From NCBI RefSeq assembly GCF_009914755.1, contig NC_060948.1: a stretch of DNA of 64,000 nt; one strand, 5' to 3'. Below the pieces are notes generated by a model. The model was given only the letters and a program-made list of their open reading frames with translations, ran no database searches and was not told the DNA's origin. The position numbers were made by a program, and so were the translations under genes. This stretch comes from the human T2T-CHM13v2.0 reference genome, Homo sapiens. How positions within the stretch are numbered: the stretch's first letter is position 1; each line of letters begins with the position of its first letter. Below, in pieces: positions 38,701 through 53,432 of the stretch.

Positions 38701-41700
38701 GTTTTTATGTAAAGATATTTCCTTTTCCACCATAGGCCTCAAAGCACTCCAAATATCCACTTGCAGATTCTACAAAAAGAGATGTTCAAAACTATTTAAT
38801 CAAAAGAAAGGTTCAAATCTGTCAGTTGAAGGTACATATCACAAACAAGTTTATTGGAATGCTTCTGTGTAGTTTTTATGTGAAGATATTTCCTTTTCCA
38901 CAACAGGCCTCAAGGTGCTCCAAATATCCACTTGCAGATTTCACTAAAAGTGTGTTTCCAAGCTGCTCAATCAAGAGGAAGTTTCAAGTCTGTGAGGTGA
39001 ATGCACACATTACAAAGAAGTTACTGAGAATGCTTCTGTGTAGTTTTTATGTGAAGATATTTCCTTTTCCACCGCAGGCCTCAAAGCGCTGCAAATATCC
39101 ACTTGCAGATTCTACAAAAAGAGAGTTTCAAAACTGCTGTATCAAAAGATAGGGTCAACTCTGCGAGTTGAATAAACACATCACAAATAAGTTTCTGGGA
39201 ACGCTTCTGTATAGTTTTATGTGAATATATTTCCTTTTCCACCATATGCCTCAAAGCACTCCAAATATCCACTTGCACATTATAGAAACATAGTCTTTCA
39301 AAACTTGTCAATCAAAGAAAGGTTCAACTCCGTGAGATGAGTGCACACATCACAGAGAAGTTTCTCGGAATGTTTCTGTGTAGTTTTTATGTGAAGATAT
39401 TGCCTTTTCCACAATAGGCCTCAAAGCGTTCCAAATATCCAATTGCAGATTCCACAAAAAAAGTTTTTTAAAACTGCTCAATCAAATGATAGATTAAACT
39501 CTGTGAGATTAGTGCACACATGTCAAAAAAGTTTCTCAGAATGCTTCTGTGTACTTTTTAGGGGAAGATATTTCCTTTTCCACCATCGGCCACAAAGGAC
39601 TCCAAATAACCACATGCAGATTCTAGTAACACAGAGTTTCAAAACTGCTCTATCAAAAGATAAGTTCAACTCTGAGAGTTTAGTGCAACCATCGTGAAGA
39701 AGTTTCTCAGAATGCTTCTGAGTAGTGTTTATGTGAAGATATTTCCTTTTCCACCATAGGCCTGAAAGCCCTCCAAATATCCACTTGCAGATCCTACAAA
39801 AAGAGAGTTTCGAAATGCTCTCTCAAACGATAGTTTCGACTCTGTGGTATGAATACACACATCACAAAGAAGTTTCTCAGAATGCTTCTGTGTAGTTTTT
39901 AAATGAAGATATTTCTTTTTCCACCATAGGCCTCAAAGCACTCCAAATATGCACTTCCAGATTCTACAAAAAGAGTGTTTCAGAACTGCTCAATCAAAAG
40001 GAAGGTTCCAGTCTGAGACAAATACACACATCAAAAGGTAGTTTCTCAGAATGCTTCTGTGTAGTTTTTATGTGAAGATATTTTCCTTTCCACCATAGGC
40101 CACAAATGGCTCTAAATACCCACTTACATTTTCCACAAAAAGAGAGTTTCAAAACTGCTCTACCAAAGGTAAGTTTAACGCTGTGAGTTAAGAACATCAC
40201 AAAGAAGTTTCTCAGAATGCTTCTGTGTAGTTCTTACGTAAAGATATTTCCTTTTACACAATAGGCAGAAAAGTGCTCCAAATATCCACTTGAAGATTCT
40301 ACAAAAACCGTGTTTCAAAACTGCCGAATCAAAAGAAAGGTTCAACTCTGTGAGATGAATGCACACATAACAAAGGAGTTTCTCAGAATGCTTCTGTGTA
40401 GCTTTTATATGAAGACATTTAGTTTTCCACAACAGGCCTCAAAGCTCTCTCCATATCCACTTGCAGATTCTACCGAAAGAGTGCTTCCAAACTGCTCAAT
40501 CAAAAGAGACATTCAAATCTGTGAGGTGAATGCAGACATCGTAAAGAAGTTTCTCAGAATGCTTCTGTGTATTTTTTGTGTGAAGTTATTCGTTTTTGCA
40601 CCATAGGCCTCCAAGCGTTCTAAATATCCACTTCTAGATTCTACAAAAAGAGAGTTTCAAAACTACTCAAACAAAAGGTTCAATTCTGTGAGTTGAAAGC
40701 AAACATCACAAAGAAGTTTCTCAGAATGCGTCTGTGTAGTTTTGATGTGAAGATATTTCCTTTTCACAGTAGAATGCAAAGGGCTCCAAATATCCACTTG
40801 GAGATTCTACAAAAAGAGTTTCAAAACCGCTCTGTCAAATGATAGGTTGAACTCCCGGAGGTGAATACACACATCACAAAGAGGTTTCTCAGCATGCTTC
40901 TGTGTAGTTTTTATGTAAACATATTTCCGTTTCTATCATAGGCCTCAAAGTGCTCCAAATATTCACTTGTACATTCTACCAAACGAGTATTTCAAAACTG
41001 CTCAATCAAATGGAAGGTTCAAAACTGTGACATGAATGCCCACATCACAAAGTAGTTTCTCAGAATGCTTCTGTGTAGTTTTTATGTGAAGATATTTCCT
41101 TTTCCACAACAGCGTGCAAAACGCTTCAAATATGCCCTTAGAGATTCCACAAAAAGAGTGTTTCCAAACTACTCAAATCAAAAAATGATTTCAACTCTGT
41201 GAGATGAATGCACACATCACAAACTAGTTTCTCAGAATGTTTCTGCCTGGTTCTCATGCGAAGATAGTTCCTTTTTCACCATAGGCCGCAATGTACTCCA
41301 AATATCCACCTGCAGATTCTACAAAAGTGAGTTTCAAAACTGCTCTATCAAAAGATCAGTTCGTCTCTGTGAGTTGAATGCATACATCAAAAAGAAGCTT
41401 CTCAAAATGCTTCTGTGTGGTTTTTCGGTGAAGATAGTTCTTTTTCTACCATAGGTCTCAAACCACTCCAAATATCCACTTGTAGATTCTATAAAAAGGA
41501 ATGTTCAAAATTGCTCAATAAAAATAAAGTTTCAACACCGTGAGATGAGTGCACAAATCACAAAGGAGTTTCTCAAAATGCTTCTGGGTAGTTTTTCTGT
41601 GAAGATAGTTCCTTTTCTACCATGGGCCACAAAGGGCTCCAAATACCCACTTGCAGATTCTACAAAAAGAGAGTTTCACAACTGCTCTATCAAACAATAT

Positions 41701-41863
41701 GTTCAACTTTGTGGGTTGAACACAAATATCACAAGAATTTTCTCCCAATGCTTCTGTGTAGTTTTTATGTGAAGACATTTCTTTTCCCTCCATAGTCCAC
41801 AAAGTGCTCCAAATATCCACTTACATATTCTAGAAAAAGATTGCTTGGAAACTGCACAATGAA
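35737..41863 (-). repeat. HOR unit 7, 36-mer variant (6127 bp)
   Basis: Same extra dimer at ~36849-37190. Confidence 0.95.
36849..37190 (-). repeat. 36-mer-specific monomer pair, copy 4
   Basis: Appears identical to copy 1 at +18381. Confidence 0.93.
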
Positions 41864-44800
41864 AAGAAAGGTTCAAATATATGAGATGAATGCACACATC
41901 ACAAAGAAGTTTCTCAGAATCTCTCTGTGTAATTTTTATGTGAAGATATTTCCTTTCCCACCTTAGGTCTTAAAACGCTCCAAATATCCACTTGCAGATA
42001 CTACAAGAAGATTGTTTCAAAACTGCACAAAAAAAGAAATGTTCAATTCTGTTTGATGAATGCACACATCACAAAGAAGTTTCTCAGAATGCTTCTCTGT
42101 AGTTTTTATGTGAAGATATTTCCTTTTCCACAATAGGCCTCAAAGGGCTCCAAATATCCACTTCCAGATTCTATGAAAAGAATATTTCCAAACTGCTCAA
42201 TCATAGGAAATGTTCAACTCTGTGAGATGAATGCACACATCACAAGAAATTTCTCAGAATCCTTCAGTGTAGGTTTTATGAGAGATAATTCCTTTTCCAC
42301 AATAGTTCTCAAAGCACTCAAAATATCCACTTGCAGATTCTACAAAAGGAGTATTTCAAAACTGCTCAATCAAAAGAAAGGTTCAACTCTGTGGGATGAA
42401 TGGACACATCACAAAGAAGTTTCTCAGAATGCTTCTGTGTAGTATTTTTGTGAAGATATTTCTTTTCCACCATAGACCGCCAGGGGACACAAATATCCAC
42501 TTTCAGATTCTACAACAAGAGAGGTTCAAAACTACTCGATCAAGAGATGGTTTCAACTATGTGAGTTGAATGCACACATCACAAAGAACTATGTCGGAAT
42601 TCTTCTGTGTAGTTTTTATGTGAAGATATTTCCTTTTCCACAATAGACGTCAAAGTGATCCAGATATCCACTTGCAGATTCCACAAAAAGAGTGTTTCAA
42701 AAGTGCACAACCAAAAGAAAGGTTCAACTAGGTGAGATGAATGCACACATCAGAAGGAAGTTTCTCAGAATGCTTCTGCATAGCTTTTAAGGGAAGATAC
42801 TTCCTTTTCCAACATAGGCCTCAAAGCACTCCAAATATCCTCCTGGAGATACCACAAAAAGAGTGTTTGCAAACTGCTCAATCAAAAGAAAGATTTAACT
42901 CTGTGAGATGAATCCGCACATGACAAAGAAGTTTCTCAGAATGCTTCTGTGTAGTTTTTATGTGAAGATATTTCCTTTTCCACAATAAGACCCAAAAGGC
43001 TCCAAATATTCACTTGCAGATTCTAAAAAAAACAGTGTTTCAAAACTGCTCAATCAAAAGATAGTTCAACTCTGTGAGAAGAATGCTCACATCACTGAGA
43101 AGTTTCTCAGAATGCTTCTGTGTAGTTTTTATATGAAGATATTTCCTTTCCCACCGTAGGCCACAAAAGGCTCCAAATATCCACTTGCAGATACTATGAA
43201 AAGAGAGTTTCAAAACTGCTCATTCAAAAGATAGGTTCAACTCTGTGGTTTGAATGCACACAGCACAAAGAAGTTTCACAGAATGTGTCTGTGTAGTTTT
43301 TATGTGCGGATGTTTCCTTTTCCACCATATGCCTAAATATTTCCCAATTTCCACTTGCAGATTCCACAAGAAGAGTGTTTCAAAACTGCTGTATCAAATA
43401 AAGTTGAACTCTGTGAGGTGAATGCACACAGCACAAAATGGTTTCTCAGAATGCTTCCTTGTTGTTTTTATATGAAGATGTTTCCTTTTCAACAATAGGC
43501 CTCAAAGTGCTTCAAATGTCCACTTGCAGATTCTACAAAAAGAGTGTTTCAAAACTGCTCAATCAAAAGAAAGGTTCGACTCTGGGAAATTAATGCACAC
43601 ATCACAAAGAAGTTTCTCAGCTTCTGTGTAGTTTTCATGTGAAGTTATTTCCTTTTCCACAATAGGCCGCAAAGGGCTCCAAATATCAACTTACAGATTC
43701 TAGGAAAAGAGAGTTTCAAAACTGCTCTACGAAAAGATAGGTTGAACTCTGTGAGATGAATGCACACATCACAAAGAAGTTTCTCAGAATGCATCTGTGT
43801 AGTTTTTACGGGAAGATATTTCCTTTTCCACCATCTTCCACAAAGGTCTCCAAGTAACCACTTGCAGACTCTACAGAAAGACACTTTAAAAACTGCTCTA
43901 TCAAAAGATCAGTTCAAGTCTGTGGTTTGAATGCACACATCACAAAGAATTTTCTCAGAATGCTTCTGTGTAGTTTTCATATGAAGATATTTCCTTTTCC
44001 ACCATAGGCCTCAAAGCACTCCAAATATCCACTTGCAGATTCTACAAAAAGAGATTTTCAAAACTAGTCAATCAAAAGAAAGGTTCAACTCTGTCAGTTG
44101 AATGCACATATCACAAACAAGTTTCTCGGAATGCGTCTGTGTAGTTTTTATGTGAAGATATTTCCTTCTCCACAACAGGCCTCAAAGTGCTCCGAATATC
44201 CACTTGCAGATTTTACTAAAGAGTGTTTCCAAACTGCTCAATCAAGAGGAAGTTTCAAGTCTGTGAGCTGAACGCACACATCACAAAGTAGTTTCTGAGA
44301 ATGCTTCTGTGTAGTTTTTATGTGAAGATGTTTCCTTTTCCACCATAGGCTGCAAAGGGCTCCAAATATCCACTTGCAGATTCTACAAAAAGAGAGTTTC
44401 AAAAGTGCTCTATCAAAAGATAGGTTCAACTATGTGATATGAATGCACACATCACAAAGTAGTTTCTCAGAATGCTTCTGTGTAGTTTTTATGTAAAGAT
44501 ATTTCCTTTTCCACCATAGGCCTCAAAGCACTCCAAATATCCACTTGCAGATTCTACAAAAAGAGATTTTCAAAACTATTTAATCAAAAGAAAGGTTCAA
44601 ATCTGTCAGTTGAAGGTACATATCACAAACAAGTTTATTGGAATGCTTCTGTGTAGTTTTTATGTGAAGATATTTCCTTTTCCACAACAGGCCTCAAGGT
44701 GCTCCAAATATCCACTTGCAGATTTCACTAAAAGTGTGTTTCCAAGCTGCTCAATCAAGAGGAAGTTTCAAGTCTGTGAGGTGAATGCACACATTACAAA

Positions 44801-47647
44801 GAAGTTACTGAGAATGCTTCTGTGTAGTTTTTATGTGAAGATATTTCCTTTTCCACCGCAGGCCTCAAAGCGCTGCAAATATCCACTTGCAGATTCTACA
44901 AAAAGAGAGTTTCAAAACTGCTGTATCAAAAGATAGGGTCAACTCTGCGAGTTGAATAAACACATCACAAATAAGTTTCTGGGAACGCTTCTGTATAGTT
45001 TTATGTGAATATATTTCCTTTTCCACCATATGCCTCAAAGCACTCCAAATATCCACTTGCACATTATAGAAACATAGTCTTTCAAAACTTGTCAATCAAA
45101 GAAAGGTTCAACTCCGTGAGATGAGTGCACACATCACAGAGAAGTTTCTCGGAATGTTTCTGTGTAGTTTTTATGTGAAGATATTGCCTTTTCCACAATA
45201 GGCCTCAAAGCGTTCCAAATATCCAATTGCAGATTCCACAAAAAAAGTTTTTTAAAACTGCTCAATCAAATGATAGATTAAACTCTGTGAGATTAGTGCA
45301 CACATGTCAAAAAAGTTTCTCAGAATGCTTCTGTGTACTTTTTAGGGGAAGATATTTCCTTTTCCACCATCGGCCACAAAGGACTCCAAATAACCACATG
45401 CAGATTCTAGTAACACAGAGTTTCAAAACTGCTCTATCAAAAGATAAGTTCAACTCTGAGAGTTTAGTGCAACCATCGTGAAGAAGTTTCTCAGAATGCT
45501 TCTGAGTAGTGTTTATGTGAAGATATTTCCTTTTCCACCATAGGCCTGAAAGCCCTCCAAATATCCACTTGCAGATCCTACAAAAAGAAAGTTTCGAAAT
45601 GCTCTCTCAAACGATAGTTTCGACTCTGTGGTATGAATACACACATCACAAAGAAGTTTCTCAGAATGCTTCTGTGTAGTTTTTAAATGAAGATATTTCT
45701 TTTTCCACCATAGGCCTCAAAGCACTCCAAATATGCACTTCCAGATTCTACAAAAAGAGTGTTTCAGAACTGCTCAATCAAAAGGAAGGTTCCAGTCTGA
45801 GACAAATACACACATCAAAAGGTAGTTTCTCAGAATGCTTCTGTGTAGTTTTTATGTGAAGATATTTTCCTTTCCACCATAGGCCACAAATGGCTCTAAA
45901 TACCCACTTACATTTTCCACAAAAAGAGAGTTTCAAAACTGCTCTACCAAAGGTAAGTTTAACGCTGTGAGTTAAGAACATCACAAAGAAGTTTCTCAGA
46001 ATGCTTCTGTGTAGTTCTTACGTAAAGATATTTCCTTTTACACAATAGGCAGAAAAGTGCTCCAAATATCCACTTGAAGATTCTACAAAAACCGTGTTTC
46101 AAAACTGCCGAATCAAAAGAAAGGTTCAACTCTGTGAGATGAATGCACACATAACAAAGGAGTTTCTCAGAATGCTTCTGTGTAGCTTTTATATGAAGAC
46201 ATTTAGTTTTCCACAACAGGCCTCAAAGCTCTCTCCATATCCACTTGCAGATTCTACCGAAAGAGTGCTTCCAAACTGCTCAATCAAAAGAGACATTCAA
46301 ATCTGTGAGGTGAATGCAGACATCGTAAAGAAGTTTCTCAGAATGCTTCTGTGTATTTTTTGTGTGAAGTTATTCGTTTTTGCACCATAGGCCTCCAAGC
46401 GTTCTAAATATCCACTTCTAGATTCTACAAAAAGAGAGTTTCAAAACTACTCAAACAAAAGGTTCAATTCTGTGAGTTGAAAGCAAACATCACAAAGAAG
46501 TTTCTCAGAATGCGTCTGTGTAGTTTTGATGTGAAGATATTTCCTTTTCACAGTAGAATGCAAAGGGCTCCAAATATCCACTTGGAGATTCTACAAAAAG
46601 AGTTTCAAAACCGCTCTGTCAAATGATAGGTTGAACTCCCGGAGGTGAATACACACATCACAAAGAGGTTTCTCAGCATGCTTCTGTGTAGTTTTTATGT
46701 AAACATATTTCCGTTTCTATCATAGGCCTCAAAGTGCTCCAAATATTCACTTGTACATTCTACCAAACGAGTATTTCAAAACTGCTCAATCAAATGGAAG
46801 GTTCAAAACTGTGACATGAATGCCCACATCACAAAGTAGTTTCTCAGAATGCTTCTGTGTAGTTTTTATGTGAAGATATTTCCTTTTCCACAACAGCGTG
46901 CAAAACGCTTCAAATATGCCCTTAGAGATTCCACAAAAAGAGTGTTTCCAAACTACTCAAATCAAAAAATGATTTCAACTCTGTGAGATGAATGCACACA
47001 TCACAAACTAGTTTCTCAGAATGTTTCTGCCTGGTTCTCATGCGAAGATAGTTCCTTTTTCACCATAGGCCGCAATGTACTCCAAATATCCACCTGCAGA
47101 TTCTACAAAAGTGAGTTTCAAAACTGCTCTATCAAAAGATCAGTTCGTCTCTGTGAGTTGAATGCATACATCAAAAAGAAGCTTCTCAAAATGCTTCTGT
47201 GTGGTTTTTCGGTGAAGATAGTTCTTTTTCTACCATAGGTCTCAAACCACTCCAAATATCCACTTGTAGATTCTATAAAAAGGAATGTTCAAAATTGCTC
47301 AATAAAAATAAAGTTTCAACACCGTGAGATGAGTGCACAAATCACAAAGAAGTTTCTCAAAATGCTTCTGGGTAGTTTTTCTGTGAAGATAGTTCCTTTT
47401 CTACCATGGGCCACAAAGGGCTCCAAATACCCACTTGCAGATTCTACAAAAAGAGAGTTTCACAACTGCTCTATCAAACAATATGTTCAACTTTGTGGGT
47501 TGAACACAAATATCACAAGAATTTTCTCCCAATGCTTCTGTGTAGTTTTTATGTGAAGACATTTCTTTTCCCTCCATAGTCCACAAAGTGCTCCAAATAT
47601 CCACTTACATATTCTAGAAAAAGATTGCTTGGAAACTGCACAATGAA
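41864..47647 (-). repeat. HOR unit 8, 34-mer (5784 bp, 1-bp deletion)
   Basis: No extra dimer; atgagagataatt at ~42283 instead of atgagaagataatt. Confidence 0.95.
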
Positions 47648-50600
47648 AAGAAAGGTTCAAATATATGAGATGAATGCACACATCACAAAGAAGTTTCTCA
47701 GAATCTCTCTGTGTAATTTTTATGTGAAGATATTTCCTTTCCCACCTTAGGTCTTAAAACGCTCCAAATATCCACTTGCAGATACTACAAGAAGATTGTT
47801 TCAAAACTGCACAAAAAAAGAAATGTTCAATTCTGTTTGATGAATGCACACATCACAAAGAAGTTTCTCAGAATGCTTCTCTGTAGTTTTTATGTGAAGA
47901 TATTTCCTTTTCCACAATAGGCCTCAAAGGGCTCCAAATATCCACTTCCAGATTCTATGAAAAGAATATTTCCAAACTGCTCAATCATAGGAAATGTTCA
48001 ACTCTGTGAGATGAATGCACACATCACAAGAAATTTCCCAGAATCCTTCAGTGTAGGTTTTATGAGAAGATAATTCCTTTTCCACAATAGTTCTCAAAGC
48101 ACTCAAAATATCCACTTGCAGATTCTACAAAAGGAGTATTTCAAAACTGCTCAATCAAAAGAAAGGTTCAACTCTGTGAGATGAATGGACACATCACAAA
48201 GAAGTTTCTCAGAATGCTTCTGTGTAGTATTTTTGTGAAGATATTTCTTTTCCACCATAGACCGCCAGGGGACACAAATATCCACTTTCAGATTCTACAA
48301 CAAGAGAGGTTCAAAACTACTCGATCAAGAGATGGTTTCAACTATGTGAGTTGAATGCACACATCACAAAGAACTATGTCGGAATTCTTCTGTGTAGTTT
48401 TTATGTGAAGATATTTCCTTTTCCACAATAGACGTCAAAGTGATCCAGATATCCACTTGCAGATTCCACAAAAAGAGTGTTTCAAAAGTGCACAACCAAA
48501 AGAAAGGTTCAACTAGGTGAGATGAATGCACACATCAGAAGGAAGTTTCTCAGAATGCTTCTGCATAGCTTTTAAGGGAAGATACTTCCTTTTCCAACAT
48601 AGGCCTCAAAGCACTCCAAATATCCTCCTGGAGATACCACAAAAAGAGTGTTTGCAAACTGCTCAATCAAAAGAAAGATTTAACTCTGTGAGATGAATCC
48701 ACACATGACAAAGAAGTTTCTCAGAATGCTTCTGTGTAGTTTTTATGTGAAGATATTTCCTTTTCCACAATAAGACCCAAAAGGCTCCAAATATTCACTT
48801 GCAGATTCTAAAAAAAACAGTGTTTCAAAACTGCTCAATCAAAAGATAGTTCAACTCTGTGAGAAGAATGCTCACATCACTGAGAAGTTTCTCAGAATGC
48901 TTCTGTGTAGTTTTTATATGAAGATATTTCCTTTCCCACCGTAGGCCACAAAAGGCTCCAAATATCCACTTGCAGATACTATGAAAAGAGAGTTTCAAAA
49001 CTGCTCATTCAAAAGATAGGTTCAACTCTGTGGTTTGAATGCACACAGCACAAAGAAGTTTCACAGAATGTGTCTGTGTAGTTTTTATGTGCGGATGTTT
49101 CCTTTTCCACCATATGCCTAAATATTTCCCAATTTCCACTTGCAGATTCCACAAGAAGAGTGTTTCAAAACTGCTGTATCAAATAAAGTTGAACTCTGTG
49201 AGGTGAATGCACACAGCACAAAATGGTTTCTCAGAATGCTTCCTTGTTGTTTTTATATGAAGATGTTTCCTTTTCAACAATAGGCCTCAAAGTGCTTCAA
49301 ATGTCCACTTGCAGATTCTACAAAAAGAGTGTTTCAAAACTGCTCAATCAAAAGAAAGGTTCGACTCTGGGAAATTAATGCACACATCACAAAGAAGTTT
49401 CTCAGCTTCTGTGTAGTTTTCATGTGAAGTTATTTCCTTTTCCACAATAGGCCGCAAAGGGCTCCAAATATCAACTTACAGATTCTAGGAAAAGAGAGTT
49501 TCAAAACTGCTCTACGAAAAGATAGGTTGAACTCTGTGAGATGAATGCACACATCACAAAGAAGTTTCTCAGAATGCATCTGTGTAGTTTTTACGGGAAG
49601 ATATTTCCTTTTCCACCATCTTCCACAAAGGTCTCCAAGTAACCACTTGCAGACTCTACAGAAAGACACTTTAAAAACTGCTCTATCAAAAGATCAGTTC
49701 AAGTCTGTGGTTTGAATGCACACATCACAAAGAATTTTCTCAGAATGCTTCTGTGTAGTTTTCATATGAAGATATTTCCTTTTCCACCATAGGCCTCAAA
49801 GCACTCCAAATATCCACTTGCAGATTCTACAAAAAGAGATTTTCAAAACTAGTCAATCAAAAGAAAGGTTCAACTCTGTCAGTTGAATGCACATATCACA
49901 AACAAGTTTCTCGGAATGCGTCTGTGTAGTTTTTATGTGAAGATATTTCCTTCTCCACAACAGGCCTCAAAGTGCTCCGAATATCCACTTGCAGATTTTA
50001 CTAAAGAGTGTTTCCAAACTGCTCAATCAAGAGGAAGTTTCAAGTCTGTGAGCTGAACGCACACATCACAAAGTAGTTTCTGAGAATGCTTCTGTGTAGT
50101 TTTTATGTGAAGATGTTTCCTTTTCCACCATAGGCTGCAAAGGGCTCCAAATATCCACTTGCAGATTCTACAAAAAGAGAGTTTCAAAAGTGCTCTATCA
50201 AAAGATAGGTTCAACTATGTGATATGAATGCACACATCACAAAGTAGTTTCTCAGAATGCTTCTGTGTAGTTTTTATGTAAAGATATTTCCTTTTCCACC
50301 ATAGGCCTCAAAGCACTCCAAATATCCACTTGCAGATTCTACAAAAAGAGATTTTCAAAACTATTTAATCAAAAGAAAGGTTCAAATCTGTCAGTTGAAG
50401 GTACATATCACAAACAAGTTTATTGGAATGCTTCTGTGTAGTTTTTATGTGAAGATATTTCCTTTTCCACAACAGGCCTCAAGGTGCTCCAAATATCCAC
50501 TTGCAGATTTCACTAAAAGTGTGTTTCCAAGCTGCTCAATCAAGAGGAAGTTTCAAGTCTGTGAGGTGAATGCACACATTACAAAGAAGTTACTGAGAAT

Positions 50601-53432
50601 GCTTCTGTGTAGTTTTTATGTGAAGATATTTCCTTTTCCACCGCAGGCCTCAAAGCGCTGCAAATATCCACTTGCAGATTCTACAAAAAGAGAGTTTCAA
50701 AACTGCTGTATCAAAAGATAGGGTCAACTCTGCGAGTTGAATAAACACATCACAAATAAGTTTCTGGGAACGCTTCTGTATAGTTTTATGTGAATATATT
50801 TCCTTTTCCACCATATGCCTCAAAGCACTCCAAATATCCACTTGCACATTATAGAAACATAGTCTTTCAAAACTTGTCAATCAAAGAAAGGTTCAACTCC
50901 GTGAGATGAGTGCACACATCACAGAGAAGTTTCTCGGAATGTTTCTGTGTAGTTTTTATGTGAAGATATTGCCTTTTCCACAATAGGCCTCAAAGCGTTC
51001 CAAATATCCAATTGCAGATTCCACAAAAAAAGTTTTTTAAAACTGCTCAATCAAATGATAGATTAAACTCTGTGAGATTAGTGCACACATGTCAAAAAAG
51101 TTTCTCAGAATGCTTCTGTGTACTTTTTAGGGGAAGATATTTCCTTTTCCACCATCGGCCACAAAGGACTCCAAATAACCACATGCAGATTCTAGTAACA
51201 CAGAGTTTCAAAACTGCTCTATCAAAAGATAAGTTCAACTCTGAGAGTTTAGTGCAACCATCGTGAAGAAGTTTCTCAGAATGCTTCTGAGTAGTGTTTA
51301 TGTGAAGATATTTCCTTTTCCACCATAGGCCTGAAAGCCCTCCAAATATCCACTTGCAGATCCTACAAAAAGAGAGTTTCGAAATGCTCTCTCAAACGAT
51401 AGTTTCGACTCTGTGGTATGAATACACACATCACAAAGAAGTTTCTCAGAATGCTTCTGTGTAGTTTTTAAATGAAGATATTTCTTTTTCCACCATAGGC
51501 CTCAAAGCACTCCAAATATGCACTTCCAGATTCTACAAAAAGAGTGTTTCAGAACTGCTCAATCAAAAGGAAGGTTCCAGTCTGAGACAAATACACACAT
51601 CAAAAGGTAGTTTCTCAGAATGCTTCTGTGTAGTTTTTATGTGAAGATATTTTCCTTTCCACCATAGGCCACAAATGGCTCTAAATACCCACTTACATTT
51701 TCCACAAAAAGAGAGTTTCAAAACTGCTCTACCAAAGGTAAGTTTAACGCTGTGAGTTAAGAACATCACAAAGAAGTTTCTCAGAATGCTTCTGTGTAGT
51801 TCTTACGTAAAGATATTTCCTTTTACACAATAGGCAGAAAAGTGCTCCAAATATCCACTTGAAGATTCTACAAAAACCGTGTTTCAAAACTGCCGAATCA
51901 AAAGAAAGGTTCAACTCTGTGAGATGAATGCACACATAACAAAGGAGTTTCTCAGAATGCTTCTGTGTAGCTTTTATATGAAGACATTTAGTTTTCCACA
52001 ACAGGCCTCAAAGCTCTCTCCATATCCACTTGCAGATTCTACCGAAAGAGTGCTTCCAAACTGCTCAATCAAAAGAGACATTCAAATCTGTGAGGTGAAT
52101 GCAGACATCGTAAAGAAGTTTCTCAGAATGCTTCTGTGTATTTTTTGTGTGAAGTTATTCGTTTTTGCACCATAGGCCTCCAAGCGTTCTAAATATCCAC
52201 TTCTAGATTCTACAAAAAGAGAGTTTCAAAACTACTCAAACAAAAGGTTCAATTCTGTGAGTTGAAAGCAAACATCACAAAGAAGTTTCTCAGAATGCGT
52301 CTGTGTAGTTTTGATGTGAAGATATTTCCTTTTCACAGTAGAATGCAAAGGGCTCCAAATATCCACTTGGAGATTCTACAAAAAGAGTTTCAAAACCGCT
52401 CTGTCAAATGATAGGTTGAACTCCCGGAGGTGAATACACACATCACAAAGAGGTTTCTCAGCATGCTTCTGTGTAGTTTTTATGTAAACATATTTCCGTT
52501 TCTATCATAGGCCTCAAAGTGCTCCAAATATTCACTTGTACATTCTACCAAACGAGTATTTCAAAACTGCTCAATCAAATGGAAGGTTCAAAACTGTGAC
52601 ATGAATGCCCACATCACAAAGTAGTTTCTCAGAATGCTTCTGTGTAGTTTTTATGTGAAGATATTTCCTTTTCCACAACAGCGTGCAAAACGCTTCAAAT
52701 ATGCCCTTAGAGATTCCACAAAAAGAGTGTTTCCAAACTACTCAAATCAAAAAATGATTTCAACTCTGTGAGATGAATGCACACATCACAAACTAGTTTC
52801 TCAGAATGTTTCTGCCTGGTTCTCATGCGAAGATAGTTCCTTTTTCACCATAGGCCGCAATGTACTCCAAATATCCACCTGCAGATTCTACAAAAGTGAG
52901 TTTCAAAACTGCTCTATCAAAAGATCAGTTCGTCTCTGTGAGTTGAATGCATACATCAAAAAGAAGCTTCTCAAAATGCTTCTGTGTGGTTTTTCGGTGA
53001 AGATAGTTCTTTTTCTACCATAGGTCTCAAACCACTCCAAATATCCACTTGTAGATTCTATAAAAAGGAATGTTCAAAATTGCTCAATAAAAATAAAGTT
53101 TCAACACCGTGAGATGAGTGCACAAATCACAAAGAAGTTTCTCAAAATGCTTCTGGGTAGTTTTTCTGTGAAGATAGTTCCTTTTCTACCATGGGCCACA
53201 AAGGGCTCCAAATACCCACTTGCAGATTCTACAAAAAGAGAGTTTCACAACTGCTCTATCAAACAATATGTTCAACTTTGTGGGTTGAACACAAATATCA
53301 CAAGAATTTTCTCCCAATGCTTCTGTGTAGTTTTTATGTGAAGACATTTCTTTTCCCTCCATAGTCCACAAAGTGCTCCAAATATCCACTTACATATTCT
53401 AGAAAAAGATTGCTTGGAAACTGCACAATGAA
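47648..53432 (-). repeat. HOR unit 9, 34-mer (5785 bp)
   Basis: Offset +5785 to the next unit; no extra dimer. Confidence 0.95.

Noticed and set aside
42173-42442. Unique 89-aa ORF in unit 8
   Set aside because: Created by the 1-bp deletion at ~42283 joining two frames.
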